From an uncultured Clostridia bacterium (GTDB lineage: Bacteria > Bacillota > Clostridia > TANB77 > CAG-508): a DNA stretch of 64,000 bases. This document shows, piece after piece, positions 18,821-28,759 of this stretch. Position 1 is the stretch's first letter. Each line of letters opens with the position of its first letter. Position numbers and translations under genes: made by a program. The notes beneath the pieces are model-generated. The model searched no databases. It was given only the letters and a program-made list of their open reading frames with translations, and was not told the origin of the DNA. The stretch spans positions 15,777 to 79,776 of the forward strand of contig CALXEW010000003.1 of assembly GCA_944387435.1 (NCBI GenBank), in the 5' to 3' direction.

Positions 18821-19522
18821 TTAAACAGCTTCTTGATTTTCTGTATCTATTTCTTTTTCATCATTTTTTTCTTCTATTACTTCTAGACTTCCAATAGAAA
18901 CTTCATATGCCACTCTTGTTTCTACACTTCCGTCCTCATGTTTTTTCTCATAATTTCTTGATTGAACTCTTCCTACTACTTTTACTTCTGTTCCGACTTC
19001 TAAGTTTTGACAAAATCTAGCATTTCTTCCCCATGCTATACATGGGATATAATCAGATTTGTTATATGCTCTATTTACTGCAAGTAATAGGTCTGATATT
19101 TCGCGTCCAAATGGTGTTTGTCTATATATTGGCTTTTTACAAATGTAACCAACTAACACTACTTCGTTTGTTATAGTATCTTTTTTTACCATTTCATTTT
19201 CTTCGTCTTCTTCATTTTCTTCTACTTCTACTATGTCTTTTGCAAAAACAGTAAGGATTAATCTGTTTTTCTCATTTTCGTAACTATTATAAGATCTAAA
19301 TTGACCCTTTATTAATAATTTTTTTCCTTCAGTCAATGTATCTTCTTTAATTAATCTTTCTGAAACAGTTATTGGAATTATGTCACTATTTCCACTTAAA
19401 CGTGGTATTTCTAAATTAAATACATAGAAACTTTCTCCGTAAATTTCATGACTAAATTTTTTTTCTCCTGTAACTTTTCCAACTAATGTTAAATAGTTGT
19501 TTTCTAAATAATTTGTATTCAA
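18821..19522 (-). CDS. OB-fold single-stranded DNA-binding-like protein (two OB-like halves, acidic linker)
   Basis: LTLVGKVTG...FVFNLEIPR and IAWGRNARFCQNLEVGTEVKVVGRVQSRNYEKK...VAYEVSI resemble SSB OB-fold strands. Confidence 0.5.
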   Translation of the reverse strand: MNTNYLENNYLTLVGKVTGEKKFSHEIYGESFYVFNLEIPRLSGNSDIIPITVSERLIKEDTLTEGKKLLIKGQFRSYNSYENEKNRLILTVFAKDIVEVEENEEDEENEMVKKDTITNEVVLVGYICKKPIYRQTPFGREISDLLLAVNRAYNKSDYIPCIAWGRNARFCQNLEVGTEVKVVGRVQSRNYEKKHEDGSVETRVAYEVSIGSLEVIEEKNDEKEIDTENQEAV

Positions 19523-19636
19523 CTTCTTTTCCTCCTATTTTTATAATTTATCAATTGTATATTTTTCCTTACGCGCTTAACTTACATTTTCTATTATACA
19601 CCATTTTTTTGGTTTTGTCTACATAAAAAGTTAATT

Positions 19637-20176
19637 TTATTCAAAAAAGTTAGATTTTTCCTGTATTTGCTCAATTATGGGTTTGGATTCTATTAAAAAA
19701 ATTATATATATTATTAAAACTTCATATGTTTTTAATTTATTTTCTTCATTTATTTTTATTCTTTTTTCCCCTATATCTACAGTCTTTCCTTTTACATTTC
19801 TTAATCTTTTTTGTAGATATATTAAAATACTATTTTCTGTTATACTAGATATTGTTACTATTGCTTTTTGATTTAAGCCATATGTGATAACATGCGCTTT
19901 GGACTTTTTTATGTTATCAGGAATTTTTATATTTATATCTGTATTTATAGCTATATATTTCGCATGTAAGCATAAATTTTCTATTAGTAATATTTCTTCT
20001 TTAAAGTCATTTAATGAGGAATCTATAATTATAGTTTCAAACCTTATATTTTTCATGTTGCCAATACTCTTTTTCCCTACATGGATTAAATTAATATCAT
20101 TTTTTGAATTTTTCTTTAATATTTCTTTGATGTTTTCAAAACTTTTATAATCTGAAATTATTCCAATAAAAGTCAT
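19637..20176 (-). CDS. Hypothetical protein
   Basis: 179-aa ORF with AAGGGG RBS. No recognised motif. Confidence 0.5.
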   Translation of the reverse strand: MTFIGIISDYKSFENIKEILKKNSKNDINLIHVGKKSIGNMKNIRFETIIIDSSLNDFKEEILLIENLCLHAKYIAINTDINIKIPDNIKKSKAHVITYGLNQKAIVTISSITENSILIYLQKRLRNVKGKTVDIGEKRIKINEENKLKTYEVLIIYIIFLIESKPIIEQIQEKSNFFE

Positions 20177-20233
20177 TTTCTAACCCCTTAATTTCTTTAT
20201 AATTTTATACTTCCCTATTTTTCCCAATTTATA

Positions 20234-21007
20234 CTATTTATTTTTTATTTGTGTTCCGTTTATATCAATTTTATAATTATCCTGATATATCAAATCTGAC
20301 ACTTTTACTATTTCAAAGCCTCTTTCTTTTATATTTTTTATTAACATTTCTAATGAATCTGCTGTATGTTTTGTTCCATTATGACTAAGTATTATATCTC
20401 CTTCTTTTATTTTTGCTTCTATTCTATTCCACATTTCTTCTCCTGTTATTCCTGTATAGTCAATAGTATCTAAACTCCATTGAATCGGTATGTATCCATT
20501 TTCCTTTGCTGCTTTTATTACTGTATTATTATATTCTCCATATGGTGCTCTATAAAGTTTGTTTTCTACTCCTGTTATATTTTTAATTTTTTCATTTGCT
20601 GATTTTATTTCCTTTACATTATCTTCATAACTTAAATTATTTACATGTTTATGTGTATCACTATGGTTTGCTATTTCGTGTCCTGCATTATATATTTTTT
20701 CTACTGCCTCTGGGTATTTATCTATCCATTCTCCTACCATAAAGAAAGTTATTTTTACATTTTCATTTTCCAATGTTTCTAATATACTATCAATATCATC
20801 AGCATTCCAAGCACAGTTCATCGTAAAAGCTACCTTTTTTTCATCTGTTTCTACATTATATATTGGTAATAATCTCTCTCCAGATGCCGACGTTTCTACA
20901 GTTTCACTTTCTTTATTTAACGTACTTGCAACAAAGAACAAAAAGACAACTGTAAGCACTGATATAAAATATGTTACTATTTTTTGTTTGTTAAATACTA
21001 AAAACAT
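20234..21007 (-). CDS. Polysaccharide deacetylase (NodB domain), PdaB-like with N-terminal TM anchor
   Basis: FTMNCAW...ITFFMVGEW...GHEIANHSDTHKH...YRAPYGEY are NodB homology motifs. Confidence 0.85.
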   Translation of the reverse strand: MFLVFNKQKIVTYFISVLTVVFLFFVASTLNKESETVETSASGERLLPIYNVETDEKKVAFTMNCAWNADDIDSILETLENENVKITFFMVGEWIDKYPEAVEKIYNAGHEIANHSDTHKHVNNLSYEDNVKEIKSANEKIKNITGVENKLYRAPYGEYNNTVIKAAKENGYIPIQWSLDTIDYTGITGEEMWNRIEAKIKEGDIILSHNGTKHTADSLEMLIKNIKERGFEIVKVSDLIYQDNYKIDINGTQIKNK

Positions 21008-21040
21008 AAAAAACCTCCAAGTTCAAGCTACTTTAATTGT

Positions 21041-21067
21041 ATGCTTGTTCTTGGAGAAAAATACTTA
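21041..21067. repeat. 27-bp direct repeat, copy 1 (flanks the ATPase cassette)
   Basis: ATGCTTGTTCTTGGAGAAAAATACTTA is identical to 22444-22470. It forms one arm of a hairpin with CTCCAAGTTCAAGC (21015-21028). Confidence 0.9.
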
Positions 21068-21091
21068 TTTATTGTTTTTTACTTTTATTTT

Positions 21092-22309
21092 CTATATTTG
21101 GGCTCTTCCTAGTAGAAAATCTATAGCACTTATTTGTTTTATTCCATTATAATTATTTGTATCATAATCTAATGTTATTAAATATTTTTTGTAATGATCT
21201 GGTATTGTCTCTAATGGTTTTAATTCTCTTCTTAACGTTTGTTCTTCTCTAACAGATAACGCCACTTGAATATAAATATACTCTTCATTGGTTTCCACTA
21301 CAAAATCAACTTCATTGGAATCATTTTTTCCTATATAAATTCTATAGCCTTTTCTTTTTAACTCTAAAAATATTATATTCTCTAAAATATGTCCTAAATC
21401 TCTATTATAATTTCTTCCAAGTAAATATGTTCTTAATCCTAAATCTGATAAATAATATTTTTCTTGTGTCTTTAATAACTGTTTACCTTTTATATCAAAC
21501 CTATTTACTTTATACAATATATAACTTTCTAATAAACTACTCAAATATTCTTCTATTGTATGCACTGAATTTTTTCTTCCATTCGAAGCCAATGTATCAC
21601 TTATTTTTTTTGTAGATACATTTGAACCTATATTATCAAATAAAAACCTGCATATACTCTCTAAAATCATTACATCTTTTACTTTTTTTCTGTTTATTAT
21701 ATCTTTTATTATTACTGTACTATAAATACTATCTAGATACTCTAGTTTCTCATTTGGATTTTCTAAGTTTATTAAATATGGAAATCCTCCATACATACTA
21801 TATTCATTATATTTTTTTAGTTCGTCCCCTTCGCCGTAATAACTTATGTATTCCTTAAATGATAAAGGTAATACGTGTATTTGTATATATCTACCTGTTA
21901 AATGTGTAGCAAGTTCTCCTGATAACATATAAGAATTAGATCCTGTTATATATATATCTAAATATTCTCTTAAAAACAAACTATCTATACATTTTTGAAA
22001 TTCATTTACATTTTGTATTTCATCTAAAAAAATATAATTCATACATTTTTTATCTGTATTCTTTATTATATAATCATGTAATTTTTGGTAATCTAATAAT
22101 TCTTTATTATCATTATCTTCAAAGTTTATGGATATTATATTTTTTTCTAAAACTCCGCTATCTATTAATTCTTTTTTAAATTCATTTAAAATTGTTGATT
22201 TTCCTGAGCGTCTTATTCCTGTCAAAACTTTTATTATTTTCTTATCTTTATATGAATTAAGTTTATTCATATAATTTTCTCTATATATAATTTTTGATTT
22301 CAATTTCAT
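21092..22309 (-). CDS. AAA-type ATPase of the AAA_14/DUF4143 kind
   Basis: Walker A in KVLTGIRRSGKST, Walker B IFLDEIQ, C-terminal region typical of DUF4143 proteins. Start set at MKLKSKIIYRENY because a consensus promoter lies inside the longer track ORF. Confidence 0.8.
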   Translation of the reverse strand: MKLKSKIIYRENYMNKLNSYKDKKIIKVLTGIRRSGKSTILNEFKKELIDSGVLEKNIISINFEDNDNKELLDYQKLHDYIIKNTDKKCMNYIFLDEIQNVNEFQKCIDSLFLREYLDIYITGSNSYMLSGELATHLTGRYIQIHVLPLSFKEYISYYGEGDELKKYNEYSMYGGFPYLINLENPNEKLEYLDSIYSTVIIKDIINRKKVKDVMILESICRFLFDNIGSNVSTKKISDTLASNGRKNSVHTIEEYLSSLLESYILYKVNRFDIKGKQLLKTQEKYYLSDLGLRTYLLGRNYNRDLGHILENIIFLELKRKGYRIYIGKNDSNEVDFVVETNEEYIYIQVALSVREEQTLRRELKPLETIPDHYKKYLITLDYDTNNYNGIKQISAIDFLLGRAQI

Positions 22310-22319
22310 CACCACATTT

Positions 22320-22348
22320 ATTATAAAATAACAATTTTGTTTTGTCAA
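22320..22348 (-). promoter_or_regulatory. Consensus promoter TTGACA-17-TATAAT for the ATPase gene (very short leader)
   Basis: Minus strand: TTGACA (22348-22343), 17-nt spacer, TATAAT (22325-22320). The ATG is only 10 nt after the -10 box. Confidence 0.6.
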
Positions 22349-22443
22349 GTTTTTGCTCTTTATGGCAAAAACTTACATTTTCAACTAAGTTTTTGCTACC
22401 TATTTGTTTGTTAAAAAATTCCAAGAACAATCCTATAATATAT

Positions 22444-22470
22444 ATGCTTGTTCTTGGAGAAAAATACTTA
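22444..22470. repeat. 27-bp direct repeat, copy 2
   Basis: Identical to 21041-21067. It is part of the terminator hairpin directly after the ATP-grasp gene stop. Confidence 0.9.
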
Positions 22471-22471
22471 C

Positions 22472-23464
22472 TTATTTAAAAATATATATCAATGCTTTCT
22501 TATATATCTCTTTAGTTAATTCTTTTCCGTGTTCTACTACTCTTGAAAATATACTTGCTGCAACACCTGAATTTATTTCTAATACATATAATTCATCATT
22601 TTTAGTTTTTATAATATCAATAGTCGCAAATGTCATATCAAGTGCTTTTCCACTTTCAATTGCTAAGCTCTCTATTTTTTTATAATATTCATTCTCTTTT
22701 TCTATTACTTTAGCAGTAGCACCACCATATAGATTATGCTTCCAAGAAAGTTCTATTTTTTCATTTTCTTTTGGTATATAGTTCATATCTATTTTCTTTA
22801 AATTATTTTTCACTACATCATTATTTGGAAGATTTAATTTCTCTGTTAAAGTTCTAACATTATCTTTACCGTTTCCAATAACAAAAGGCTTTTCCTTCTC
22901 ATAAATCAATAGAATTTTACCATTTAAATAAAAAGCTCTGTACTCTTTTTTAATATCATAAAAAGGGCATACACTAATAGAACTGTTTCTATTTAATAAA
23001 AACTTAACTGCTTCTTCTGCCTCATCAATACTATTACAACAAAACACACCTTTTCCTTCAAATCCATAATTAGGCTTTACAACTATCTTTTTTTCTTTAT
23101 CAAGCTCCTTATAAACAATATCCCAAACTTCCTCTTCTTTTACATACTCTTTTCTTTCCTCTGGATTAAAAACCATTGTATGTTTTATTACTGGAATATT
23201 TTGTGACTTTAACACCTCATATGTTGCATATTTGTCACTAGCAATTTTACTTGATGCTGCTTTATTTATATCGAAATTACCTGTGATATATCTTATTTTA
23301 TCATTTTTAGAAAGTTTAAAAATCCATCCATAAGACAGATTTTTTATTTCTATATTCATTTCCTTGCATATTTGTTGTAGCATTTCAATACTTTGTTTTT
23401 TCACTATATTGCTCCCCTTATATTTTATATTGTAAATAATACATTCATTTAAGATTTTTGTCAA
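22472..23464 (-). CDS. ATP-grasp fold ligase (substrate unknown)
   Basis: KKIVVKPNYGFEGKGVF and ELYVLEINSGVA are typical ATP-grasp nucleotide-binding elements. Confidence 0.7.
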   Translation of the reverse strand: MTKILNECIIYNIKYKGSNIVKKQSIEMLQQICKEMNIEIKNLSYGWIFKLSKNDKIRYITGNFDINKAASSKIASDKYATYEVLKSQNIPVIKHTMVFNPEERKEYVKEEEVWDIVYKELDKEKKIVVKPNYGFEGKGVFCCNSIDEAEEAVKFLLNRNSSISVCPFYDIKKEYRAFYLNGKILLIYEKEKPFVIGNGKDNVRTLTEKLNLPNNDVVKNNLKKIDMNYIPKENEKIELSWKHNLYGGATAKVIEKENEYYKKIESLAIESGKALDMTFATIDIIKTKNDELYVLEINSGVAASIFSRVVEHGKELTKEIYKKALIYIFK

Positions 23465-23465
23465 A

Positions 23466-24230
23466 TTAGTTTGTCTCTAAAAATTCTATATATTCTTCTA
23501 AACACATATTTAATTCTTCCATTTTATAGCTATGTTCTTTTCCAACATACCTCCAATGCCATGGTTCATATTCTACTCCTGTTATTTCAGATTTTTCTTC
23601 CGGATATCTCATTATAAACCCATAGTTCTTTGCATTCTCATTTAACCATGTATATGCTTTGGTGTTTTCAAAATCATTGTCTACATTATTAAAATCTACT
23701 GCTAGTCCTAAGTTGTGTTCACTTTCTCCTGGTTTATTTATATATTCTGATGTTAATATCTCAGCTTCTTCTATTGTAGCTCCTTTGCTTAAATAATCAT
23801 TTATTTTATTATCATATAATGTTTTTTGATATTCTGTACTTCTATACGCTGACTGAACCCAAATATTATTTACCCCGGATTTTTTCATTTCTTGTATCAT
23901 TTGTTTTAATTCTCCAATTGCCCTTTTATCAAACTGTTTTGTTGAATCTATATTTTCAAGTTCTATTGTAAAGTTTTCTGGTAATGGATTTTCTTTATTT
24001 ACTAACACTAATTTCCAATCTTCTATTTTCTTTTTATTTGGTAATACAACTTCTATTACATTGTTTTTTTCAATATAATTATTATTACTAAATGTTTCTT
24101 CTATATTACTCTTATTTTCTTTAAATTTTTTATACAAAAGAATCATTAAAATAATACTTATACTTAAAATAAGTATAAGTATTATTTTAATATTATTTTT
24201 TCCCCTTTTATTTTTTATATTATTTTTCAT
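23466..24230 (-). CDS. D-alanyl-D-alanine carboxypeptidase, VanY/M15B family, membrane anchored
   Basis: SAYRSTEYQ, SEHNLGLAVDF and EPWHWRYVG are Zn-binding and catalytic motifs of VanY-type peptidases. Confidence 0.88.
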   Translation of the reverse strand: MKNNIKNKRGKNNIKIILILILSISIILMILLYKKFKENKSNIEETFSNNNYIEKNNVIEVVLPNKKKIEDWKLVLVNKENPLPENFTIELENIDSTKQFDKRAIGELKQMIQEMKKSGVNNIWVQSAYRSTEYQKTLYDNKINDYLSKGATIEEAEILTSEYINKPGESEHNLGLAVDFNNVDNDFENTKAYTWLNENAKNYGFIMRYPEEKSEITGVEYEPWHWRYVGKEHSYKMEELNMCLEEYIEFLETN

Positions 24231-24253
24231 TCTACTTTTTCTATTCCCTCATT

Positions 24254-25372
24254 CTATGCAAAATTATTTGGATCATTTTTTAAATTTTCTATAGTATCTA
24301 ATGGATTATACATTGCACCTCCAATTATTTCCCCTGTTGTGCAATCCACAAAATAACTATAAGAATCTATTTTATTTTCTTCTTCCTCATATTTTATATT
24401 TACAATCCACACTCTTCTTACTCTATCTTCTGTTACATAATATCCATCTTTTAATGATATTTTTCCACTTTCATATGCATCTTTTTGTGTTTCCCTCAAA
24501 TATACTTCTGGATTCATTCTTTCTATTGATTCTTCTACTGTTACATTTTCTATTTTTCTATTTTTTTCTATTTCTTTATCTTTATTTTTTGCAATTTCAA
24601 TTGCTTCTTCTTTTGTTTTCACTATCTCATTATTTTCAAAAGTATCTCTTTCTATATTTAATTGATATATTCCATTTATTGTAGGAACCCAGCCAATGAA
24701 TACTTTTTCATGGAAATTTATTTCTTCTCCATATTTTCTATAAAATTCTGCATACCAAATATATGATGCTTCGTCCGTTTCCATATTTCTTGTTAGCTTA
24801 AATAATTCATAATCGCCTTCTATATCAGGCAAATATTTTTTAAACAATTCATTTGCCACCACTTTTGCTTCTTCTCTTGTTATTCCATAATTGTATGGTA
24901 TTTTATAATTCCATGTAGGAACCTGTATTGAATTTAAATTTCCCGTTTCTGCATCTATTGTAATTGTAGCTTTTTTAGATGCCATACTCCATTCGTTTTT
25001 ATCAGATAAAAACTCTTTATTTAGATTTTGGTTTAAAATCTCTTCATTCTCTAACCCTACTAATTTTAAATACTTATTTCCTAGTTCATTTGCTTCTTCT
25101 GCTGATATACATTTTTCTTTTTCTTCTTCAGATACTTCTTGATTTATAGTATATTTCTTAGGTTCATTCCAAATATTCTGATAAGCTACTGTTCCACAAT
25201 ATCCCACTCCAACAGTTAAGCTTAATGCTAATATAAATGTGGATGCTATTCTTAAAGGACTTTTCTTTTGTTTCTTAAATCTTATGCTGTAAAACTCATC
25301 TTTTTCTTTAGATTCTAATACTTCTATTTTTTTATCATAAATATCTTCTAAATATTTTTTATTAGACTTCAT
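24254..25372 (-). CDS. Putative anti-sigma factor / membrane protein with extracytoplasmic domain
   Basis: Overlaps the stop of the ECF sigma gene by 11 nt. Single TM helix (LRIASTFILALSLTVGVGYCG) with a large external domain. Confidence 0.6.
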   Translation of the reverse strand: MKSNKKYLEDIYDKKIEVLESKEKDEFYSIRFKKQKKSPLRIASTFILALSLTVGVGYCGTVAYQNIWNEPKKYTINQEVSEEEKEKCISAEEANELGNKYLKLVGLENEEILNQNLNKEFLSDKNEWSMASKKATITIDAETGNLNSIQVPTWNYKIPYNYGITREEAKVVANELFKKYLPDIEGDYELFKLTRNMETDEASYIWYAEFYRKYGEEINFHEKVFIGWVPTINGIYQLNIERDTFENNEIVKTKEEAIEIAKNKDKEIEKNRKIENVTVEESIERMNPEVYLRETQKDAYESGKISLKDGYYVTEDRVRRVWIVNIKYEEEENKIDSYSYFVDCTTGEIIGGAMYNPLDTIENLKNDPNNFA

Positions 25373-25913
25373 AAGAAAATCCCTCCTTTTCTAAAGCTTC
25401 TTTTAATTTTCTTTTAGCTCTATTTAACATTACCTTAACTTGTCCTACATTTTTGTCCATAATTTTTGCAACTTCTTTATATTTAAAACCTTCTAAAGAT
25501 GTGAGACATATAACAGCTTGATAATCTGGTTTTAATCTATTTATTACTTTTCTTATATTTTGAGAAGTCTCATTTTTATAAACAATTTCTTCTAAATCAT
25601 TATCTTCTATATATAAGTTATTGTAATCTAACCCAGATATAGCTCTTTTTTCTTTTTTCAAATAATTTATTGCCCTACATTTTGCTATCATATATAGATA
25701 AGTTTTAAATGAATATTTAAAATCATATTGGTCTTTATGAAGAAGTAAATATACAAATACATCTTGAGATATATCTTCTGCAATATCTGTATTTTTTGTA
25801 TATCTTGCAATAAAATATATTATATGCTCTTTATATCTTTTTACTATTTCTTCAAAAGCCACCTTATCCCCTGCAAGATACTTCTGGTACAATTCTTTGT
25901 CGCTTATTTCCAT
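25362..25913 (-). CDS. ECF-type sigma-70 family RNA polymerase sigma factor
   Basis: Region 2 (AEDISQDVFVYLL) and region 4 HTH (YKEVAKIMDKNVGQVKVMLNRAKRKL). 183 aa. Confidence 0.88.
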   Translation of the reverse strand: MEISDKELYQKYLAGDKVAFEEIVKRYKEHIIYFIARYTKNTDIAEDISQDVFVYLLLHKDQYDFKYSFKTYLYMIAKCRAINYLKKEKRAISGLDYNNLYIEDNDLEEIVYKNETSQNIRKVINRLKPDYQAVICLTSLEGFKYKEVAKIMDKNVGQVKVMLNRAKRKLKEALEKEGFSYEV

Positions 25914-26061
25914 GTGCTCCTCCTTTTATTTCTTTATACATTAGTTATACAAACTTTCCTAAAGAAATGTTACACTAATATGCAAAAAGAATTACTTTTT
26001 AAAATATGATATTTATTATATCATAAAATAAAGCCTAGATAAACTCTAGACTTTTAAATAA

Positions 26062-26970
26062 CTATTTTATTTCTGTTCCTCCCCATTCAACTGCCACAAA
26101 TCCTTTTCTTTCTGTTGTTTCTAATTTTTGTTCTTCTACTTCAATAGGTTTATCTAACCCTTTGAACACCATTAACACTCTTATGGTTGTATCTGGTTTT
26201 GGACTTATTTCTAATGGCATATTTTCATTTATCTCCTCTTCACTTGCAAATCTTATATAATTATATTTATTACTTTCTAATTTTGGTAACCAGTATATAA
26301 TAAACTCTTCTGCTTCTCTTTCATTAAGTCCTAATACTGCTAACTTTTCTTCTAAAAACTTTGCTGAATCTTCTCCTTTTACTACAAAGCCTTCATCTTC
26401 TACTTTAAAATCAATTGCACTTTTGCTCTCATAATACAATGAATATAAGTTTCTTCCTGTATCTAAATCTACCAAATCTCCATTTTCTTTTGCAAGTACT
26501 TTCCATCTATCTACATATTTAGGATATGAAACAATTAATCTATCACTATATGGTAATTCTACTGAAACTTCAGTTTCTTCTTCTGGATATAAATATATTA
26601 TTGGTTTTTTATCTATTGAAAAGACTCCTTCTTGTTGATAATCTCTATACATATTATTAGCATTTATAGTATTTGATATTTGATTATGTATCATAACTCC
26701 TAGTAAAAATATATAAACAATCGATGATATAACAACTATTATTATACTTGCTATTGCAATTTTTCTTTTTGTAGATTTTAATGACTCCACTCCTAATACT
26801 ATAGTTAAAACTATACATATTATTGGAATAATAAATAACAATAAAAATGTATCAAATAAAAAACCTAACAATATTGATATTATTGACATTATCGCTAATA
26901 TTAATGATGCTATCGATAACCCCTGTTTATCCTTTTTTTCTACTTTATTTTTTTCTTTTGCTTCTTCCAT
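26062..26970 (-). CDS. Membrane protein with DUF4190-like N-terminal helices and an uncharacterised C-terminal domain
   Basis: GLSIASLILAIMSIISILLGF followed by further TM helices. C-terminal 190 aa has no recognised motif. Confidence 0.6.
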   Translation of the reverse strand: MEEAKEKNKVEKKDKQGLSIASLILAIMSIISILLGFLFDTFLLLFIIPIICIVLTIVLGVESLKSTKRKIAIASIIIVVISSIVYIFLLGVMIHNQISNTINANNMYRDYQQEGVFSIDKKPIIYLYPEEETEVSVELPYSDRLIVSYPKYVDRWKVLAKENGDLVDLDTGRNLYSLYYESKSAIDFKVEDEGFVVKGEDSAKFLEEKLAVLGLNEREAEEFIIYWLPKLESNKYNYIRFASEEEINENMPLEISPKPDTTIRVLMVFKGLDKPIEVEEQKLETTERKGFVAVEWGGTEIK

Positions 26971-27125
26971 TTCATCCCCTCCTAGAATTATATTACAATA
27001 TATAGATTATTTTTTCAATAAAACTTTTAATTTTTCTAATATTTTTGTTATTATATTACTTTTTTTTACAATTATATCAAAAAATAGTAAAAGGATATTC
27101 TTTTTTGAATATCCTTTTTACTACT

Positions 27126-27602
27126 TTAAAACCATTTAGTGTTATTATAATCATAATAGTCATAATCATCAAATGAGTCATAAAAGTAATTATTATCATA
27201 CTCTTCGTAGTATTCTATTGCATCTTTTATTCCTGAAAATGTTCCTACTCCTATTACAAAAAATATAAATACATAAAGTAGAATCATTAGTACAAACCCT
27301 ACAGCACCTGTTGAAATACCTGCAATAGCCATTCCTCTTTTGCTAGATTTTAATGATAATATACCAAAAACTAAAGATAAAATTGCACAAGGTATTGATA
27401 TATACCATATACAAAATAGTACTAGTGCAATAATTCCTAATACCATTGATGCAATTGCTAATCCTTTTTTATCTTTTACTGGTTCTTTAGTTTCAACTTT
27501 TGGTTCTTCTTGTTTCTTCTCGGCTACTGGTATTTCTGGTGTTACATTTTCTTGTTTAACTTCGTTTATTTCTAATTCTTCTTTTTTATTATTATCATCC
27601 AT
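27126..27602 (-). CDS. DUF4190-like small membrane protein
   Basis: GLAIASMVLGIIALVLFCIWYISIPCAILSLVFGILSLK...GMAIAGISTGAVGFVLMILL. Start at MDDNNKK behind GGAGGAG. Confidence 0.65.
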   Translation of the reverse strand: MDDNNKKEELEINEVKQENVTPEIPVAEKKQEEPKVETKEPVKDKKGLAIASMVLGIIALVLFCIWYISIPCAILSLVFGILSLKSSKRGMAIAGISTGAVGFVLMILLYVFIFFVIGVGTFSGIKDAIEYYEEYDNNYFYDSFDDYDYYDYNNTKWF

Positions 27603-27760
27603 ATTATCTCCTCCAATCATAATTCTATTATACTATATTTATGACATTTTTACAAGAAATATCTATTTAAAATCTGACAAAAGTTGTCAAATTTATTGTT
27701 TTTTCTTCATATTATATATAAACAGCATATATGTTGTTTATTTAGAAAGGATTGATAATT

Positions 27761-28243
27761 ATGGAAAAAGAAGATTGCAAAAAACCTTATTGTCCAATTT
27801 TAGATGTTGATGGCGTTATATCAGGTGGAAAACAATTTGATTTAGACATCACTTTACCAGAAGATAATCGTGATGTCATATATGGTGTTGTTAAAGACTG
27901 TTTTAAAGAGCCAGTTGACAATGCTGTCATAAAATTAGTAGAAATTGTTTGTGAAAACGGAAAAGAAGAAAGAAGACCAATAGGTCATACTTTCACAGAT
28001 GAAGAAGGAGAATTTGTATTTGGTCCTTTATGTCCTGGTAAAGAATATGCTATCCAAATATGGGTAAATAATACAAAAAAAATAAAAATATGTGCTAAAT
28101 GTCATCATGAAGGAAAATGTTTAAAAGGTGATAAACACGATAAATGTGATTGCTATATAGATGATAGAAAAGAAAACTGTCACTGTAAAAAAGATAAAGA
28201 AACATTTTTAAAAGAAGAAGATTTTAAAGACTTAAACTTCTAA
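27761..28243 (+). CDS. Small protein with a carboxypeptidase-regulatory-like beta-sandwich and a Cys/His/Lys-rich tail (possibly spore-coat associated)
   Basis: VIYGVVKD...PVDNAVIKLVE...TDEEGEFVFGPLCPGKEYAIQIW, then CAKCHHEGKCLKGDKHDKCDCY...CHCKK. Confidence 0.5.
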   Translation: MEKEDCKKPYCPILDVDGVISGGKQFDLDITLPEDNRDVIYGVVKDCFKEPVDNAVIKLVEIVCENGKEERRPIGHTFTDEEGEFVFGPLCPGKEYAIQIWVNNTKKIKICAKCHHEGKCLKGDKHDKCDCYIDDRKENCHCKKDKETFLKEEDFKDLNF

Positions 28244-28249
28244 CCTAAT

Positions 28250-28278
28250 TTGACAAAAGTATTTATTTGTAGTATTAT
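28250..28278 (+). promoter_or_regulatory. Promoter TTGACA-17-TATTAT for a non-coding transcript
   Basis: TTGACA 28250-28255, 17-nt spacer, TATTAT 28273-28278. Confidence 0.55.
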
Positions 28279-28284
28279 AGATTT

Positions 28285-28461
28285 CTAGGTTGCTAATTGC
28301 AACTTTGTATTTACCGATTTTTGGAGAATTAGATTGGCATCTCTCCTCTTTGACCACCTTACGTACAGCTAGTTAATTCTCCTTATCGGATACCTGAAAG
28401 TATATTCACTTTTAGGTATTGGAGGCACTTTGGCGAAAGTGTCTCCTTAATTTTATATTTT
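28285..28461 (+). ncRNA. Candidate structured sRNA 1 (class unknown)
   Basis: No ORF. Nested helices: AGGTTGC/GCAACTT (28287-28305), CCGAT/ATCGG (28314/28385), GGAGAATTA/TAATTCTCC (28323/28374), ATACCTGAAAGT/ACTTTTAGGTAT (28390-28419). Terminator GGAGGCACTTT-GGCG-AAAGTGTCTCC plus a U-rich tail (28421-28461). Confidence 0.5.
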
Positions 28462-28499
28462 AGTAATATTTATTTTTAAATTTTTTATGTATACTATTG

Positions 28500-28759
28500 G
28501 CAGTAATGTCATTTTATGTTATCATTTTATATGTAAGGGTTGCACACGTTTGCAACCGAAGTCAAAAAGACTTTTAAAGCTAGGTTGAGGAAGTGAGATT
28601 ATTGGTTGTAGCCTAACTCGGCATTTTATTTAAAAGTTGGTTATTATAACCAGCACCTCCAATAATCAATAGAAGAAGAAGTTTCTTCAATATACCTAGA
28701 CAGAAGAAGGACATAATGTCCTGGGAGGTAGCATGACGTCACTACCTCCTTTCTGTTTT
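28500..28759 (+). ncRNA. Candidate structured RNA 2 (class unknown; 5' end uncertain)
   Basis: GC-enriched and free of ORFs. Helices: GGTTGCA/TGCAACC (28538-28557), long-range CTAGGT/ACCTAG and GATTATTGG/CCAATAATC, GTTGGTTAT/ATAACCAGC, AGGACAT/ATGTCCT. Terminator GGAGGTAG-N10-CTACCTCC plus TTTCTGTTTT (28724-28759). Confidence 0.45.

Noticed and set aside
28285-28759. Interpreting the structured region as a riboswitch or T-box leader
   Set aside because: No plus-strand gene follows it (the next genes are on the minus strand and convergent). I could not find the conserved cores of T-box, TPP, SAM, FMN, cobalamin, glycine, purine, M-box or yybP-ykoY elements by eye.
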